Shown piece after piece: positions 12,271-26,302 of a stretch of DNA of 64,000 nt. Made by a program: the position numbers and the translations under genes. Position 1 is the stretch's first letter. Each line of letters begins with the position of its first letter. The notes beneath the pieces are model-generated. The model made no database searches. It was not told the origin of the DNA and saw only the letters and a list, made by a program, of their open reading frames with translations. Origin of the DNA: Paecilomyces variotii (taxonomy: Eukaryota); NCBI GenBank assembly GCA_004022145.1, contig RCNU01000001.1; one strand, given 5' to 3'.

Positions 12271-15016
12271 CTATCTCCAGTTACTCGGACCGAACGTCTC
12301 GCCCGGAGCCACGGTTCTCAAGGGCGTCCCTTGCCCGTCAGCAGTTTTATCAGCAATAGTATTGCCGTACCAGCTCAGCGTGACACCAGGATACGAAAGA
12401 CAGAAGAAGATGAAGAACGTTCCAACAGCCAAAGCGGCGTCTAGTCCAGCAGAAAGGATATAGTTATACTTTGACCACCACGGATGATATTTGCGCTTCA
12501 GATAGAAATTGAAGAATATGCCGATTATACCCCAGGTCATGTAGTTAGCTGCTGTCGCGGGAGGGATGGATGCAGTTGATGCGAATATTGCAGGCATGTG
12601 GATCTAACATGGCACAGTCAGTGATCAGAGAAGCATTCCGAGTGGATGATGCTCCTACCTTGCTGAGAAGCTTGCTACGCAAGCGCAGGTTCACAGCCCA
12701 CAGAAGGATAGGCACGGCGGCACCGATGAGGAAGAACCACAGCATGGATCGATACATAGATCCCGAAGAAAACAGCTTCGTTGGTCCGATGAGACCCCAG
12801 AAGACTGCGTTTGTGGCATATCCCCGTGCAAGTGGGCAGGTGAACTGTACGTTCAGAATCAGCGAGAATCATTCCAAGCGAACAATCAATGGTGTGAACT
12901 GACATTATTATCTGCTTCAGACTCGCAGATATGATTGATATTAGCCATTGCCCATAAATTGACCCCCGTCTGGGTTAACCATGACACAATTATGCCGGCA
13001 CATTGTGCTGCAAACGTAATCCTCGGAGGTATTTTCTGAGGCCAAGTCAACACAGTAATAAATATGCGTCAGAACGAGAGACATACCATATAGTGTCCGA
13101 TCTTCATGTCGCGGACGTATCCCAGTCCCTGGTAAGAGGAGACAAGGACAAAAATCTTAAACATGACATTGTTCACCATCTTCCCAGGCCATAGATACCC
13201 GGCTATGAAGGCGGATATAACGGTTGTCGAAAGCATGATGTTGCAGACAGACATCATGATACCAGTTGGTATAATGAGGACAATGACTAGTCCGATAGCT
13301 AATATCATGCCATACCATGGGAGACCCGTATCGTAGACATACAAAAACACAATGCTAAGCCCGAACATGCTAAAGAAGACGCTCGCATACCACCAAAGCG
13401 GCACAGTCTTATATTTCTGCATGAGCTATTTGACAGTCAGCACAACTAACTCTACTTCAAGCATTCCAGCGGTTCGGGATGTTGCTGTTAGATACCTTGT
13501 AATGAATATCAGGTTTCTCCACTGTGGCCGACTTTCCAATCGTGGCAAGAAGACCTCTCCACAGAATCTGGTGATGATGTAGCAGACAATGCACGACGAC
13601 TGAAATTGTCGAAGCGAATCCGAGTCCATACGAAAGTACGGATGTAGTGGAGAGATACACTGGCGAGTAGTTATGATAAGCTTCATCATCCAACGAATAG
13701 TCCGAATTCATTACACGACTCGTGTTATATGAACTTCCTAGAGAATGTTGTTAATTGAAAGGATCTGACATTAACATCAAACAAAAACTCACCTGTATTA
13801 TCGAAAGTGTCAGATGATGAGAACGGCATGTATAACCCCTCCCATGCATTACTCCAATGCAGCGCAGGGGCGATAACCCAAAGAAACAGAACCGCTCCCC
13901 CGAAAACATTTACCAGTGCCCACGAGGGAACTAGCAGTGGGGAATACAAATAGCCGGTGATTTGATTCCAGTCAAGGGTCAAAGGTAGGAGGTCCATTCC
14001 AGTTGTCGCGCCAAAAACTTGGTTCAGCGTTACGTTGTTCGGTTTGATCCAGGTGATCCAGGCGAAAGTGGTGAGCCCGGTAAATAGATAACCGGGGACG
14101 AATTGGTAAAGCGAGCCGCAGGCAAGGATGATCCAGAAAAATTTCATTCGATCGATCTTCCACCCATTGGCCTCCTGGTCTCCAAATCGTCGATCATGGA
14201 ATGTGTATAGAAGGGCGCATGTTGGAAGGGCAGCTGGCCATACGCAAAATGCAGGCTCGACGAGCAACTTCTGAAGTATTCCAGCAATTCCAAAACTGAG
14301 CGCTTGAGACGTCAAAAGGAACATGAACCTGTATCCAACCGAAATTGGAATGTTAAGAAATTTGTCAAATGCAACGTAGACATCGGAAGCCAATGAGCCA
14401 TTGTCGAATACTGTCGCGAGAGTAGACATTATAGCAACGATCGAGTGTTCTTTCTGATTGAACGGTCCAGGATTCAGTGTAAAATTCCATCCCCAGAAGC
14501 TGTATATAGTCGTTGGCAGCACCCTTTCCATTAGTCGTCCAACTGGCAAGGTGACTAATATTGCAAGATAGGGCGAAAGAAAGACTGTTACTCCGCATTA
14601 ATTTCATCATCGATTAGTGAAGCGTCCGCTCACTTACTCGGTGGCGAATGCAGCTGGAAGAACTGATTCAACGCTGTTAAGACCATGGTCCCAGTAATGC
14701 CCAGGACCCAAGCACGGAAGGTATTGACAGGCACATCTTCATCAACTGGAGGAATGCTGGCCTGAACTTCTGGATAGGGACTGTCATCAGGTCAACACTT
14801 GCGCTTTGCTGTTGCGCGCCGCGATAGAAGGACATACGAATCGTCTGAGGACGAGTCAGGTTCGACATTGTTTTCCCCTACAGGTTTATCTGATTTGACA
14901 TCGTCATCGTCAGGATCGTCAGGATTGTTATAATCGGTTTCTTGCGCCCCAGCCGCAATTACACCTTTCTGGGACTCTGCTGAAGGGCGACGTCTCGAAC
15001 GTCCTGTCCCCGCCAT
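12271..15016 (-). CDS. OPT-family small oligopeptide transporter, multi-exon
   Basis: LNPGPFNQKEH, LTLDWNQI, YKTVPLWWY, DMKIGHYM, WWSKYNYILSAGLDA and C-terminal GETFGP; many TM segments. Confidence 0.95.
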
Positions 15017-15887
15017 TGTCGCCCATAGAGACTGGCGAGTTCAGTGATCGTGACGGTTTAAGCTGGCAGGCAAGCCGTTAAAACTGCATTGTTTGGCCGT
15101 GTCAGTTCCAACGGGAGCTGATCTCGCAGCCTCAACACTCCGGCTAAGAAAGGCTTGACAAAGTGGCTGCAAATCTGGGGAGTCTTAGGGGATAGGAACT
15201 GAGACGATCTCGCACCACAGAGGGTCCGCGTCCTCGTGGCGACGGCTAGTGTTCTGGCTGAATCCACAAGCACCGACTGATCACCCGCCAAGCCCGGTTC
15301 GTTCTCATCTTAGTTCGAGATCCGCAAGCAGGAGACCCAGCGGCCCACCAGATAAACTTGTCCCACAATCTTTCTTTAGGAGTCTAGATAGGTAAGCATA
15401 GGTAAGGCTGGTACAGTTCTAAGCCTTCCAAGCTTGTACCTCTTCAGAGGACAGGTCATAGCTCCTTCTCAAGCTAGGAATCTGGTTATAGAAGCACAAT
15501 AATCCTCAAAGAAATCTTCTAGCGTACTTTCGCCTATGGCCAATAGACAGGTCGCTAGTTATGCTCTTAAGGTCCAGACCTAAGCATCTTCTGCAAAAAT
15601 CCGATCCAGAGGTACCTCTGTCATCGTGTTCAATGGCTCAACTGTCCAATGGCAAACCACATACCATACGCCCAGGTGGACAATCGTAACAGAGAAGATG
15701 TTGTTGCTTGCAAGATCTTATCATGGCCAGTTTTTGCCTACATTATAGAGTTATATCTCAGCATGCCTAGGCTGTGCTCCGATGAATAACTGTTATCTAT
15801 CATACTAACACATTCACGTCGAATCGTTATTCTTTTCAAAGGAGGCAGGTGTGAAACCATGATCTGATCTAGGAACTGTTGATTTCT

Positions 15888-15928
15888 TTGGGAGGCTATT
15901 GGGAGGCGTATTGGGAGGCGTATTGGGA
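15888..15928. repeat. Short 12-bp tandem repeat (TTGGGAGGCGTA, ~3.5 copies)
   Basis: ttgggaggcta ttgggaggcgta ttgggaggcgta ttggga, in the divergent OPT/ABC intergenic region. Confidence 0.8.
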
Positions 15929-17223
15929 TGCTCTTGGATATTCAAGCTGACCGCATAGCATAACCTTTTCATCTCACAGGTCTGAGTTACTCATGAAGCC
16001 AGTTTCGTTTACTTATCAGTTCTTGTTCCGGGCTGGCTGGTCAGTGAAGATATCGAAGAACCACGAGTCCACGAGAGGTATTCCGATAAGCACAATTCCC
16101 ACTGTCGTTCATACGACAAAGGCCCAGCTTCGACAACATCTTCCTGAGGTGAGACATCACTCTGCGTTGCACAAAGCCTCAAGAATAGAAAGGCGTCAGT
16201 GATGTGCCAATCAAACCAGTCGCGACTGATAACCCGGTCATCCGCAACATCAAAGGCAGGTTATCGGGCTCATTGAGACTGTCAAACTGCCCTACATCAG
16301 GCCCTTGCCAGGATCAGTAGGGCTCTCAGAAAAGGAAGAAAAGAAGAGCAAAAGAATAATAGCTGTCTCCTGTTGTTGGAGTCAAGCGAACTAGTGCGTA
16401 TAATTTCTTGAACCTGCATCGCAAGAGTCCATCACTTCATTCCTTGGTCCATAACAAGTAGGACGCATATTCGGGAGCTTATATATGTAGCGACTGGCGG
16501 GTGGCGATGGCCGTTTAAATCCCGCAGCGGACGCGAACTTGGTTGATTCTCGAGCACAGAGATAAGAGTCGTGAAAATTCCGCTCACGCAACAACGCATA
16601 CATATAACCTCATAGTCGACATATATATAGTTACTGTTACATCCTGCCGTCAACAATTGCTGTATCTGATCCAAAAGGAACGAGCGCGCCGGTTACCAGA
16701 GTAGAGTAATTCTGAACGAGCGGAAGAACTCAAAGCTCGGTCCACCCAGCGCGCCGTCGATTCCAAGCGAGGATTTTAGCCTCATCTGGCAATCGAGAAC
16801 GACCGGGCTTGACTTTGTCGGCCCCAAAGCTCCATTTTCCCGTTAGGGCCATCGTCTGCGAAAATCCCCGTCAGCAAGTTCGATGACGGAATCTGGGCTC
16901 GAATCAGAAAGCCATGAAAAATGATAACCCTAGGGTCGCTTCAGCTCTAAGTTGCGCGAGGAGATTCGTTCGAGAACGCGTCCGCGATGGCAGGCATAAT
17001 CTCGACAGCTAAATCTCCGGTAGGCTTCCTCCGCCATGTGGCAGGTCTAAATATGTTTCTCAAACCACAAAGTGGGCCCTTGGAGGAGGATTTGGGGCCT
17101 CTCGTTTCCCATGAACACGCGTCTAGCTGATATAAATGAAGCAGCCACCCAAGATCGCGAAATCACCCCGAATGGCACATGTCATCTCTCGAAGAATATG
17201 TGAATAGCAACAGCGATTAAAAT

Positions 17224-20200
17224 ATGCCGCGCCTGGGGAAATTTCGGGGGACTTTACCTCCGCAGCATGGGCCTCCGCTGATAATACATCCCGGCGCGCC
17301 TCGTCCACCAGAGCCGTATCTGCCGCTCGAGAGTGCAGTAATCCTCGCGGTTCTCTGTCTGTTGATATTTCTGTTCAACATCAAGTTCTACATTCGACGG
17401 ACGAGATGCGCAGCCGTAGCTTTCACATGGCGGCATAAGTGGCTAGGCTACTTGGGTCTCTGGAGCAGCAGTTGTTGCGTGGTTGCCTCCCTCTGGCCAT
17501 CACGACGAACCCGTCTGGATGACTGGACGAGAATTCTGGTAGGGACTGTCTGGGTATGTGATGCTCCTGTGAATCTTTCTCGAAGGACATGACCGTACTG
17601 ATAGAGTTAGCTGTTCCTATGCGTAAGCCGCATCATCTATTTGATATCCCCAACACAGCGTCGGATTGCCTACAGGAATGCAGTGTTGCTGGGCACTTCA
17701 CTTTTTCTGGCGGCAATCGTACCCCGCTATCTCTACCCTTCGATTTGGATGTCTGGGCCTCCAGGGCCTGATGGTCCTCCTCGATTTCCCTCACTGCCTC
17801 CTCGCCATTGTCCTCCAGGATCGCATGGCTTTCCAGGCCCTCCGCCTCATGGTCCTCCTCACGGGCCTCCTCACGGACCTCCCCATGGGCCTCCTCCTGG
17901 CCCGCATGACTTCTCTCCTCTGTTTACTCCTCGAGGGATTCTCGAAGTATTCTCTGCTTGTGTGTGCACAGTTATCATCCCTCTATTAACCCCATATCAT
18001 CATCCAATCACCGAACAGTATCCTCACCCTTCAGAGACATGCTCCCCTGTGTCGCGATGGTGGCTCTATTCCTGGATCAGTCCTCTAGTGAAGAAGAGCT
18101 ATGCTCATGGCGGAAATTTGGATTCTGAAGACATCTTGCCTATCCACCCTCAAAGCTCTCCGGAGAAGTGGCTAGAAAACTACGTCGAACTTCGCCAAAA
18201 AGGCGGCTCATTCCGCACGGCTATGTGGAGGCTTTTTCGTCCCCGCCTTGCTATAACAGCACTCTTCATGATTCTTTGCGGGTTCTTCGAATTCATCGGT
18301 ACCTGGGGCCTCCAGCAACTACTTCTCTTCTTCCAGGGCTCTCGAGAAGTGAAAATTGCCCCATGGTTTTCTGTATTACTCTTTGGCATATGCCCGATTC
18401 TCCGTGGTCTATGCATGCAGACGTTCGAGTATTTCGCCACGCATACGATCGGTCACTGGAAAGCACTTATCATCTCCGCCGTGTATCAAAGATTGCTCCA
18501 GTTTCCTCCAGGTGAAAACATCGACGTAGGTCAGCTACAAAATAACATTTCTGGAGATATCGACCGACTTGGCACTCTACGCTACACAGTTATGACCATA
18601 TTCATGGTGCCAGTTGAGCTTTCCGTGGCATCGGTAATGCTATATAGGACCATTGGATGGTCCTACATACCAAGTCTTGTGTTTCTGATCGCCACCAGAC
18701 ATCCGTTGTCAAAATTCATCGTGCAGGCACAGGGTGCGGCTCAGTCGAAAATTTTGCAGGCAACAGATGGACGAGTGGCACAAATAAGTGAAGCTATACG
18801 ATACATGGCGACGATAAAGATGCTTGGGCGCGCGCAGGCTTTTGTCACGGGGATTCTTGACAAGAGAGCTAAGGAGCTAAAAGCGCTGTGGAAGAAAGCA
18901 GAAATAATAGTGACTTCGGAAGCTATCTCGACGGCCTGCACATTCGTGGCACTTGTTCTATGCCTGTGTCTGTACACGACAGTCTCGAAGGAACGTCTCG
19001 AAGCCGATGTCGCCTTCACTGTGATAGCCATATTCAACATAATCAAAAGCATGCTCTCGCTAGCTGTTCTTGGGACCGGACAATATGCGCAAGCGGCAGT
19101 GAGCTACAACAGACTATGTGAATTTCTAGATCACGAAGATCTTCCAGCAGGTTCACTCTATCCCACATCAACAAACTGGTCTAGGAATAGTATCGGTTTC
19201 CAGGGAGCGGGATTCGGTGTCCTTAATGCGGATGGATCGTCTCGGATGCTCTTAAGAGACTTGAACGTCCAGTTTGTCAGGAGAGGGCTAAACGTCATTA
19301 GCGGTCCACTGGGGTAAGCGTATCAATGAGTCACATGCAGAATACGTGGAATACGTGCTAACGAAATCTGCCAGATGTGGAAAGAGTCTCCTTCTACAGT
19401 CTCTTTTGTCCGAGCAACGGCAGTATGAGGGTACCGTGAGATTACGAGACGCACCATTTGAGCCTGTTGCCTATGCTTCCCAGAATCCCTGGTTTCAAAA
19501 TGGTACCATTCGGGACAATATTCTGTTTGGGTCCCCGCTCATCAGAGAGCGGTACAAGCAAGTTCTGAAGATGTGCGCTTTAGAGCTAGATCTGGCTGAG
19601 TTTGAAGAAGGCGATCTGAAAGATGTTGGAGGAGCCGGCAGCGCACTCTCGGGCGGACAACGGCAACGCATTGCACTGGCTCGTGCGCTATACTCCAGTG
19701 CAAACACCGTCATCCTCGACGATGTGTTGTCCGCTCTAGACTCGGCTACAGCTACGTTCATAGTCGATAATTGCATTTTGGGTCCGTTGATGAAGGATCG
19801 GACATTGATCCTGGTCACCGATGACGCAAAATGTCTCGAGAAAGCTCACTTAATAGTTCGTATGGACGACGGAACTATCCAGGAGATCATCAGGAAGACA
19901 GAGAACGACCTCAGCATCAGTGATCGCGCGGAGCCCGCTACCCTAACGCTGGCCGTCCCTGGTACTCCCGAGACGCCTCCCAGACCTATAGGAACTCCTG
20001 CTGAAAACGCCATTGAGTTGACCAGTCCGAGAAATACCGACAGTGGAAAGCAAACCCCACTCATCCTTGACAGTAGTCGTCGCGGCCTACTGGGAACGGC
20101 TTACGGTGAATCGAGCCCTCTCCTTCGAGGTAGTCTTCTCGTGCTGACTTGATTCAGTTTTCAAATACATACGGTCTTTGGGCCGTTGGCCCTTTGTCCT

Positions 20201-21977
20201 TTTAACTTTCATAACTATGATGGTCGCGCAAGCCATGGATGTCGTCCTTCCTGGATGGCTTTCTTATTGGACCCTTGCGACGTTCTGTGCTCCGCCTGGC
20301 ACCTCTGCCGGCTTCTACCTTGGGATTTTTAGCGGTACGTTGACAGCCAATATATTCATTGAGATTCTTGCTCATCGTCCGGACAGGTCTGGGTGCTGCT
20401 CAGCTCGCTCTCTTGGCCGCTTCTCTCTTGCTCCTGTACAGAGGTGCCTTGAGGGTAAGCCGCGATAAACACGTCAAGCTGCTTGCTACGGTCTTTGGTG
20501 CATCGTACACATGGATCGTGAATACACCAGCTGGTGAAGTGATCAATCGTTTCTCCACCGACATGACGAGTCTGGATGATACGCTGATGAGATCCTTGCG
20601 ACCTGTCTTGGAAACGTACTTGTCCATCGGATTACGAATTCTGACCGTGGCTTCGATGGTGCCCATCTTCGTGTTTCCAGCTGTCGTACTCACTGGACTA
20701 GGGATCTATACGGGGTACCGGTACCGATTTGCATCCACAGCAGTAAAGAGACTGTACGCTGCCAGTCTGTCACCTCTCCATCACAGCATTGCGGAAACTG
20801 CCTCGGGGCTCGTCACTATCCGCGCGTACCGTGCAGAGAGGACCCTACAGGACCGGTTCATCGGTCAAGTTGAATACCATGTTCGATCGTGGGAGGCTGT
20901 CAGCGACTTGCAGCGGTGGCTAGCTGTCCGAATGGATCTATATGCCTCGCTGATCTGCTTTTCAGCCGCCGTGTTAGCGTACCTGCGACCGGGGCTAAAC
21001 CCATCCTTCATGGGTCTGGGACTAACACTGACCACAGGGCTGTGCACCTCTCTTATGTGTAAGTGCAGAAGCTCTCGACCTGAAGCGAGCCCTGGACTAG
21101 ACTGCTAACGGCCATGCCAGACCTGGTATATCTTTCAAGTCTACTTGAAGTGGAGATGAACAGCGTACAGCGCATCGACGAGTACATTGAAGACGTGCCA
21201 CGAGACCCCGGCGAGACTTCCCCAGACGATGCAATTCCCGACGACTGGCCCACCCAGGGCAACGTCGATGTTCAGCATCTCACCGTGGGTTACTCGCTCG
21301 ACAGCAAGGAGGTGCTTGGAGACGTCAGCTTCCATGCGCCTCCAGGCACACGCGTGGCCGTAGTGGGACGGACGGGTAGCGGGAAGAGTTCGCTCGCATT
21401 AAGCTTACTGCGACTAACGACCCAGTTCTCGGGCACCATCCGCATCGACGATGTTGATATCTCATCTCTGCCCGCCGAACGGGTGCGACAGCGAATCAGC
21501 CTGATCCCACAGGATCCCACCTTGTTCAACGGCTCTATCCGGTTCAATCTGGATCTCAGCGGGACCGTCTCTGATGAGCATCTTCAGTCGGTCCTGGACG
21601 CGGTCGTAGGCACGCACCAGTGGACGCTCGACGATATGGTAGAGTTGAACGGACAAAATTTCTCACAAGGTGAGCGACAGCTGATTGCTCTGGCGCGCGC
21701 GGCGGTCAATCGTAGCAAGGTCGTCATCATCGACGAAGCGACAGCCAGTCTCGACCAGGCCAGCGAAGCGCGCATCCAAACGGTCCTTCGCGACCAGTTC
21801 CGTGACTGCACCATCCTGGCCATAGCGCACCGCTTGGACAGCATCGTAGATTTTGATCAGGTCCTGGTGTTGGATCACGGTCGTGTGGCGCAGCGCGGGC
21901 ATCCACAAACCTTGATCGAGAGGGAAGAAGGCTTGTTCTACGAGGCGTACGCGCAACAGGCCCGCCGGACGGCGTGA
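17224..21977 (+). CDS. ABCC/MRP-type full-size ABC transporter, multi-exon
   Basis: TMD-NBD-TMD-NBD layout. NBD1: GPLG|CGKS (split by an intron), LSGGQRQR, VILDD. NBD2: GRTGSGKS, FSQGERQ, IIDEATA, IAHRL. Confidence 0.94.
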
Positions 21978-22685
21978 GCGGTACGCCCTTAAATGGTTCC
22001 TGGAGTTTTACCACTTGTGTAGTTGCATGTACATAGTTACTTACAGTAGATATCATCGAGAATTACTCGGTTGTCAGTTGGCTTCCATACTTCATCGTGA
22101 TCTCCTCGTAGTCAACTCAGAGAGTAGTTAACTATAAACTACTAAATTAGATATCCAGCAGTCAGTTCGATCGTCCTCCCTGCGAGTACTAGTAGATAGT
22201 TACCCTAAGTTTGACGCTACCAGGTGGACCATCTCTAACTTACCACTAGAGCAAAGGGTGACGACGGCGTCTTCGTCGCACGCGGCCTTTTTGTCCACTC
22301 AGCCCCAAATCCAATAATAATAATAATGGCCCTTGCGCTACTCGGACATCCTCATCGGCCTCGGTGACGCCTCCGGATTCGCAAGCTTCGTTCTTGTGGC
22401 TGTCGATCTCTGCGGGATCCGCAGAATATTCAGACGCTTAACTGGAACCCACCAAGAGGCCCGCGGAGGCCTTCAATGGCGGAGGGTTTCTTGTAGTCGA
22501 TAAGACGCTCTCTGCGCCATCCACCGTTTCTTCATAACGCTCCCCATCCCTCAATTCTCTTTGTAACCCCTCCTCCGCAACGCGATGAGCCACATGGAGG
22601 ATTCGCCACATGCCAGACGATATCGAGGAGCAGATTAGATGCGCATCTCGACGCTATTGCTCTGGACCAGCGCGGGGCTTCCAGC

Positions 22686-24990
22686 ATGACTGACACCAAG
22701 AAGGAACCGGAGAAGGACAAGGGAAAGGACAAGGAAAAGGAAAAAGAAAAGGAAAAGGACAAGCAAAAGCCCGTCAGGAAGCGCAATGTTGTCTCGCGAG
22801 GTCGCACTGGTTGTCTGACCTGCCGTCGACGGCGTCTGAAGTGCGATGAGGCGAAACCCGCTTGTCACAGTGTAATTGACCCAGATCCTCGCGCATCATG
22901 GCCTGCCATCTGACATCTGCCATTTACAGTGCACTCGTCTGAACCTGAAGTGCGAAGGCTACGCTCAGCGCATCTCCTTCAAAGATCAAACCGACCTGGT
23001 CGTCGAACGGGCCAAAGGAAAGTCGACCAAGAAACGGAAGGCATCCGAACCACCGATCAAGGAGGAAGATTCTACAGACAGCGTGCACCAACCCAGCGAT
23101 AGCGGGAGTCCAGCGGAGAAGAGCAGTGCCAGTCCGCCAGCTACGAGCTCGATCACCTTCGATAACCCCATCGTTTTTGCCGGAGAGCCATCGGATTCAC
23201 GCCGGCTAGATTCCGGGCGCACGCAAATTGATAGCCAGCAGTCAGCAACTTCCACTCCCGACCGTGTTTTGGGGGACCCCTTGGCCTCTTTCGATTCACT
23301 ACTCTCGTCCACCACAGACCCCTCTGGGGGTTCGATGATATTATCGGATGTTCCTATTAAGTCCCATCTCGCTGAGGATTTTTTCACAGACTCCGGGGAA
23401 GGCTCTTCCACGTGGGTGGTAGCGCAGGAGGGAGAAGGACCGTTCGATCAGCATTACCAAACAGAATTCGCTCGAAGCTCTCCGGATACACATTCTGAGT
23501 TCACAAGAGGCTCACCGTCTTCAGAGGTGGCATTCTCGGCAGCCTACGGCACACCTCCATCAATATCGCTGGTGCCATCATCCCCCAGCAGGCCGCTTCC
23601 AAACGCCTTCCTGTCTCTCTGTGGTGCGTACGAGTTTCCGGAAGATGTGGCCTACTACGAGTATTCGGCCGGTCACTTTCAAAGTCTCTCACGGGTACTT
23701 CCACTCTCGGAATTATTTAGATCAGAACCGGTGTCACCTCATGTTTACAATGCGGCCTTAGCCCTTGCGGCTTTGAATCTCTCTAGTATGGAGGACTATT
23801 CGAAAAATCCGGTCGTGCTACGGCAACATGCATTTCAGCATAGTCTAAAAGCTGTTCAGGGTATACGGGAGGCGCTATCTTCTCCAGACCAGTCAAAGGC
23901 TCTCCGAACACCGAAGAACGTGGACACCGGTCTGTCATTATTTGCGACGATTATCTTGCTAGCCAACTTCGAGCTTCAACGAGGCTCTTTGTTTTCCTGG
24001 CGCTCCCATATGCGCGGGGCAGCATCATGCCTAGGCATCTGGCACAAAGACATGGCACAGAGACCTGCAGGGATGTTATTGGCCAAGGCCTTTGCTAGAA
24101 TGGCACTTCTCTTACGCCTATACAACGAAGACTACTCGGTTACAACACCAGATGTTCTGTCTCCCAGTTTAGCCGCCTGGTTGAACAGTCTGCTCGCCAG
24201 ATCTTCCGAGTTGCAGGATCGGCTCTTACTTCTGGTCGAAGAATGGACGCAGATAGAAATAAAATATCGTGAACAGCCAGAACTAGAAGACCAGTGGATT
24301 GCATTCAGCGACGACTTCTTATCCAGATTAGATGAGTGGCGGAAAAATATACCGCCCTCAGATCTACCAGTGGAAAGCAACGGGCCTGCTAGTGTGACGG
24401 TTTACGCTCCTTCACAACAGTCTGCGGATTCGTCCGGTTTTGTCTACGTTCCGGCTCTCTGTTTTCCAAATTCTGCGGACCCATGTACTGCTGCGGTCAA
24501 CTACGCCACTTACCTCTGTCTGGGTATGAGATCTCGGACGCGGTACTCTGTGGAGTTAGGGAAGATTGTACCTCCAGACAGTGACGAGACAGCACTCATG
24601 ATTTGTCGCATTGCGGCTGGCATCTCTCCAGTATCATTTGGACAGTCCTACACATATGCTTATGGCATGCTGCCTTCTGTCGTGGGGGCGGCTCGCTGGT
24701 CATCAAACCCGGGTCTGAAAGCCTGGGTGAGAGATTACCTGACGAAATATAAGAGTAACCGTGAGGGAATATGGAATGTTTCTCATTCCATTCGGTTGCT
24801 GGACCACATGGACCGTGAATACGCCAGGCGCGGAGCCGCTGGATGGGAGATGGTTGCTGTCCGCGTCTTGGACGAACCGACGGATCCATCCCCTGATCTT
24901 GAAGAAAACGATAGCAGTAAGCCCTTCAAGATCGTGATGCGCGGAAGGACCAGGCAAGGCCGCTCTGAAGACGTCGTCGAAGTCCCTTAG
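22686..24990 (+). CDS. Zn(II)2Cys6 transcription factor (Fungal_trans_2-like C-terminus), 2 exons
   Basis: SRGRTGCLTCRRRRLKCDEAKPACH|CTRLNLKCEGY; LLANFELQRGSLFSWRSHMRGA; N-terminal KE/KD low-complexity run. Confidence 0.9.
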
Positions 24991-26302
24991 AGCGCTCATG
25001 GATATTGCTTTTTGGGAGTCAGGGCGGTATAGGCGTTCGCCCCGTTATTGATTTATGGCTGTCGAAAAAGACAATTTAAGTATATGGTCTCGGACATCTG
25101 ATGTTTGGATGCGGGTTTGATACCACTGATGACGATAGCCTCTGATTTTGTTTGCTTTCTTGCATGTCTCCCGGAACGGGATCTCGGGATTTTGACGGCT
25201 GATTTAAATCTCTGTCAATGAATATACTCTTTTCTCTATCATGCGGACCGCAGGCAGCTGCAAGATTAGAAATGTTTTTAGGCGTGTTAAAATGACTCTG
25301 TTTTAGATACGGCAAGTCAACTCATTGATGGCTCGAGTAGTTGCCGCCGACTCTCCTAGCCTCAACAGAACAAACATGATAACAAGCCAACTGTACGATC
25401 TTCGGAGGTTGCTAGCTCAGGAACTTGTTCCTGTGCGTGTGACCACTTTCCGGTCAAAGCTCCCAGGCTAAGATACCGATATCATGCACGCCACAGAATG
25501 ATCTTATCGGAGAAATCGACCAAGCAACTTATGGCTCATCCTCAAGCTAACCATATCCTTACTAAAACCCCACCTCTGGCAGGCCAAGAATTACATAACT
25601 ACGTGCACAGATAACAGGTAGTTAGTTAGCTGGGCAACTGTACATGATACGTACTGGGTCCCAATCGGTATCGTCAAGAGCAGGAGGGCTTGCTGTATAC
25701 TGGCTATGCCGTTCATGATACCAAATGTCATTCAGAGCATTCTCAAGAGGTCGTTGTTAGCAGTACTCAGTAGTACATCTTACCATAGAACTGACAAAAT
25801 CTCGAGGTTTCAGTTGTTCTCGACGATCTAGCATGACGAAGATCGACAGGGAAAGAATGCTAGTTGGCGCTCGGTAGGGGATTGATAAACATTCCCCGTT
25901 CCAGGCCAGGCCTGTTGCCAATTCTGGCCCCCAAACAGCGATAAGGACGATGCACAGACAAGTATTGTCCATAAAGATGTCCTTGCATCTTGGAAACTTT
26001 TTATCTGTTTGGATAACTGATACTCAGTAAATGGGGTCTTGTTCCTTTCTGTTATCTATGCTCTCGGCCTCAGCGTCGCTATACCGTACGAAGTGCCAAG
26101 CAGCCACTGTATCCCCCTCGTAGCTGGACATATAGCTAAAAGCTGGGTGGTGATGAACTTTCGGCTTTCTTTCAAGGAAGTATAAAATCTTGTTTGCCTT
26201 GATTTCTCACTCTCTCTATCTCAAGCGTAATTGCGAGATTAATAGTCACGATCCATCCTCCTGTATTAGCGACAACCAGTGACTACTTCGAACCTTTGCA
26301 AG

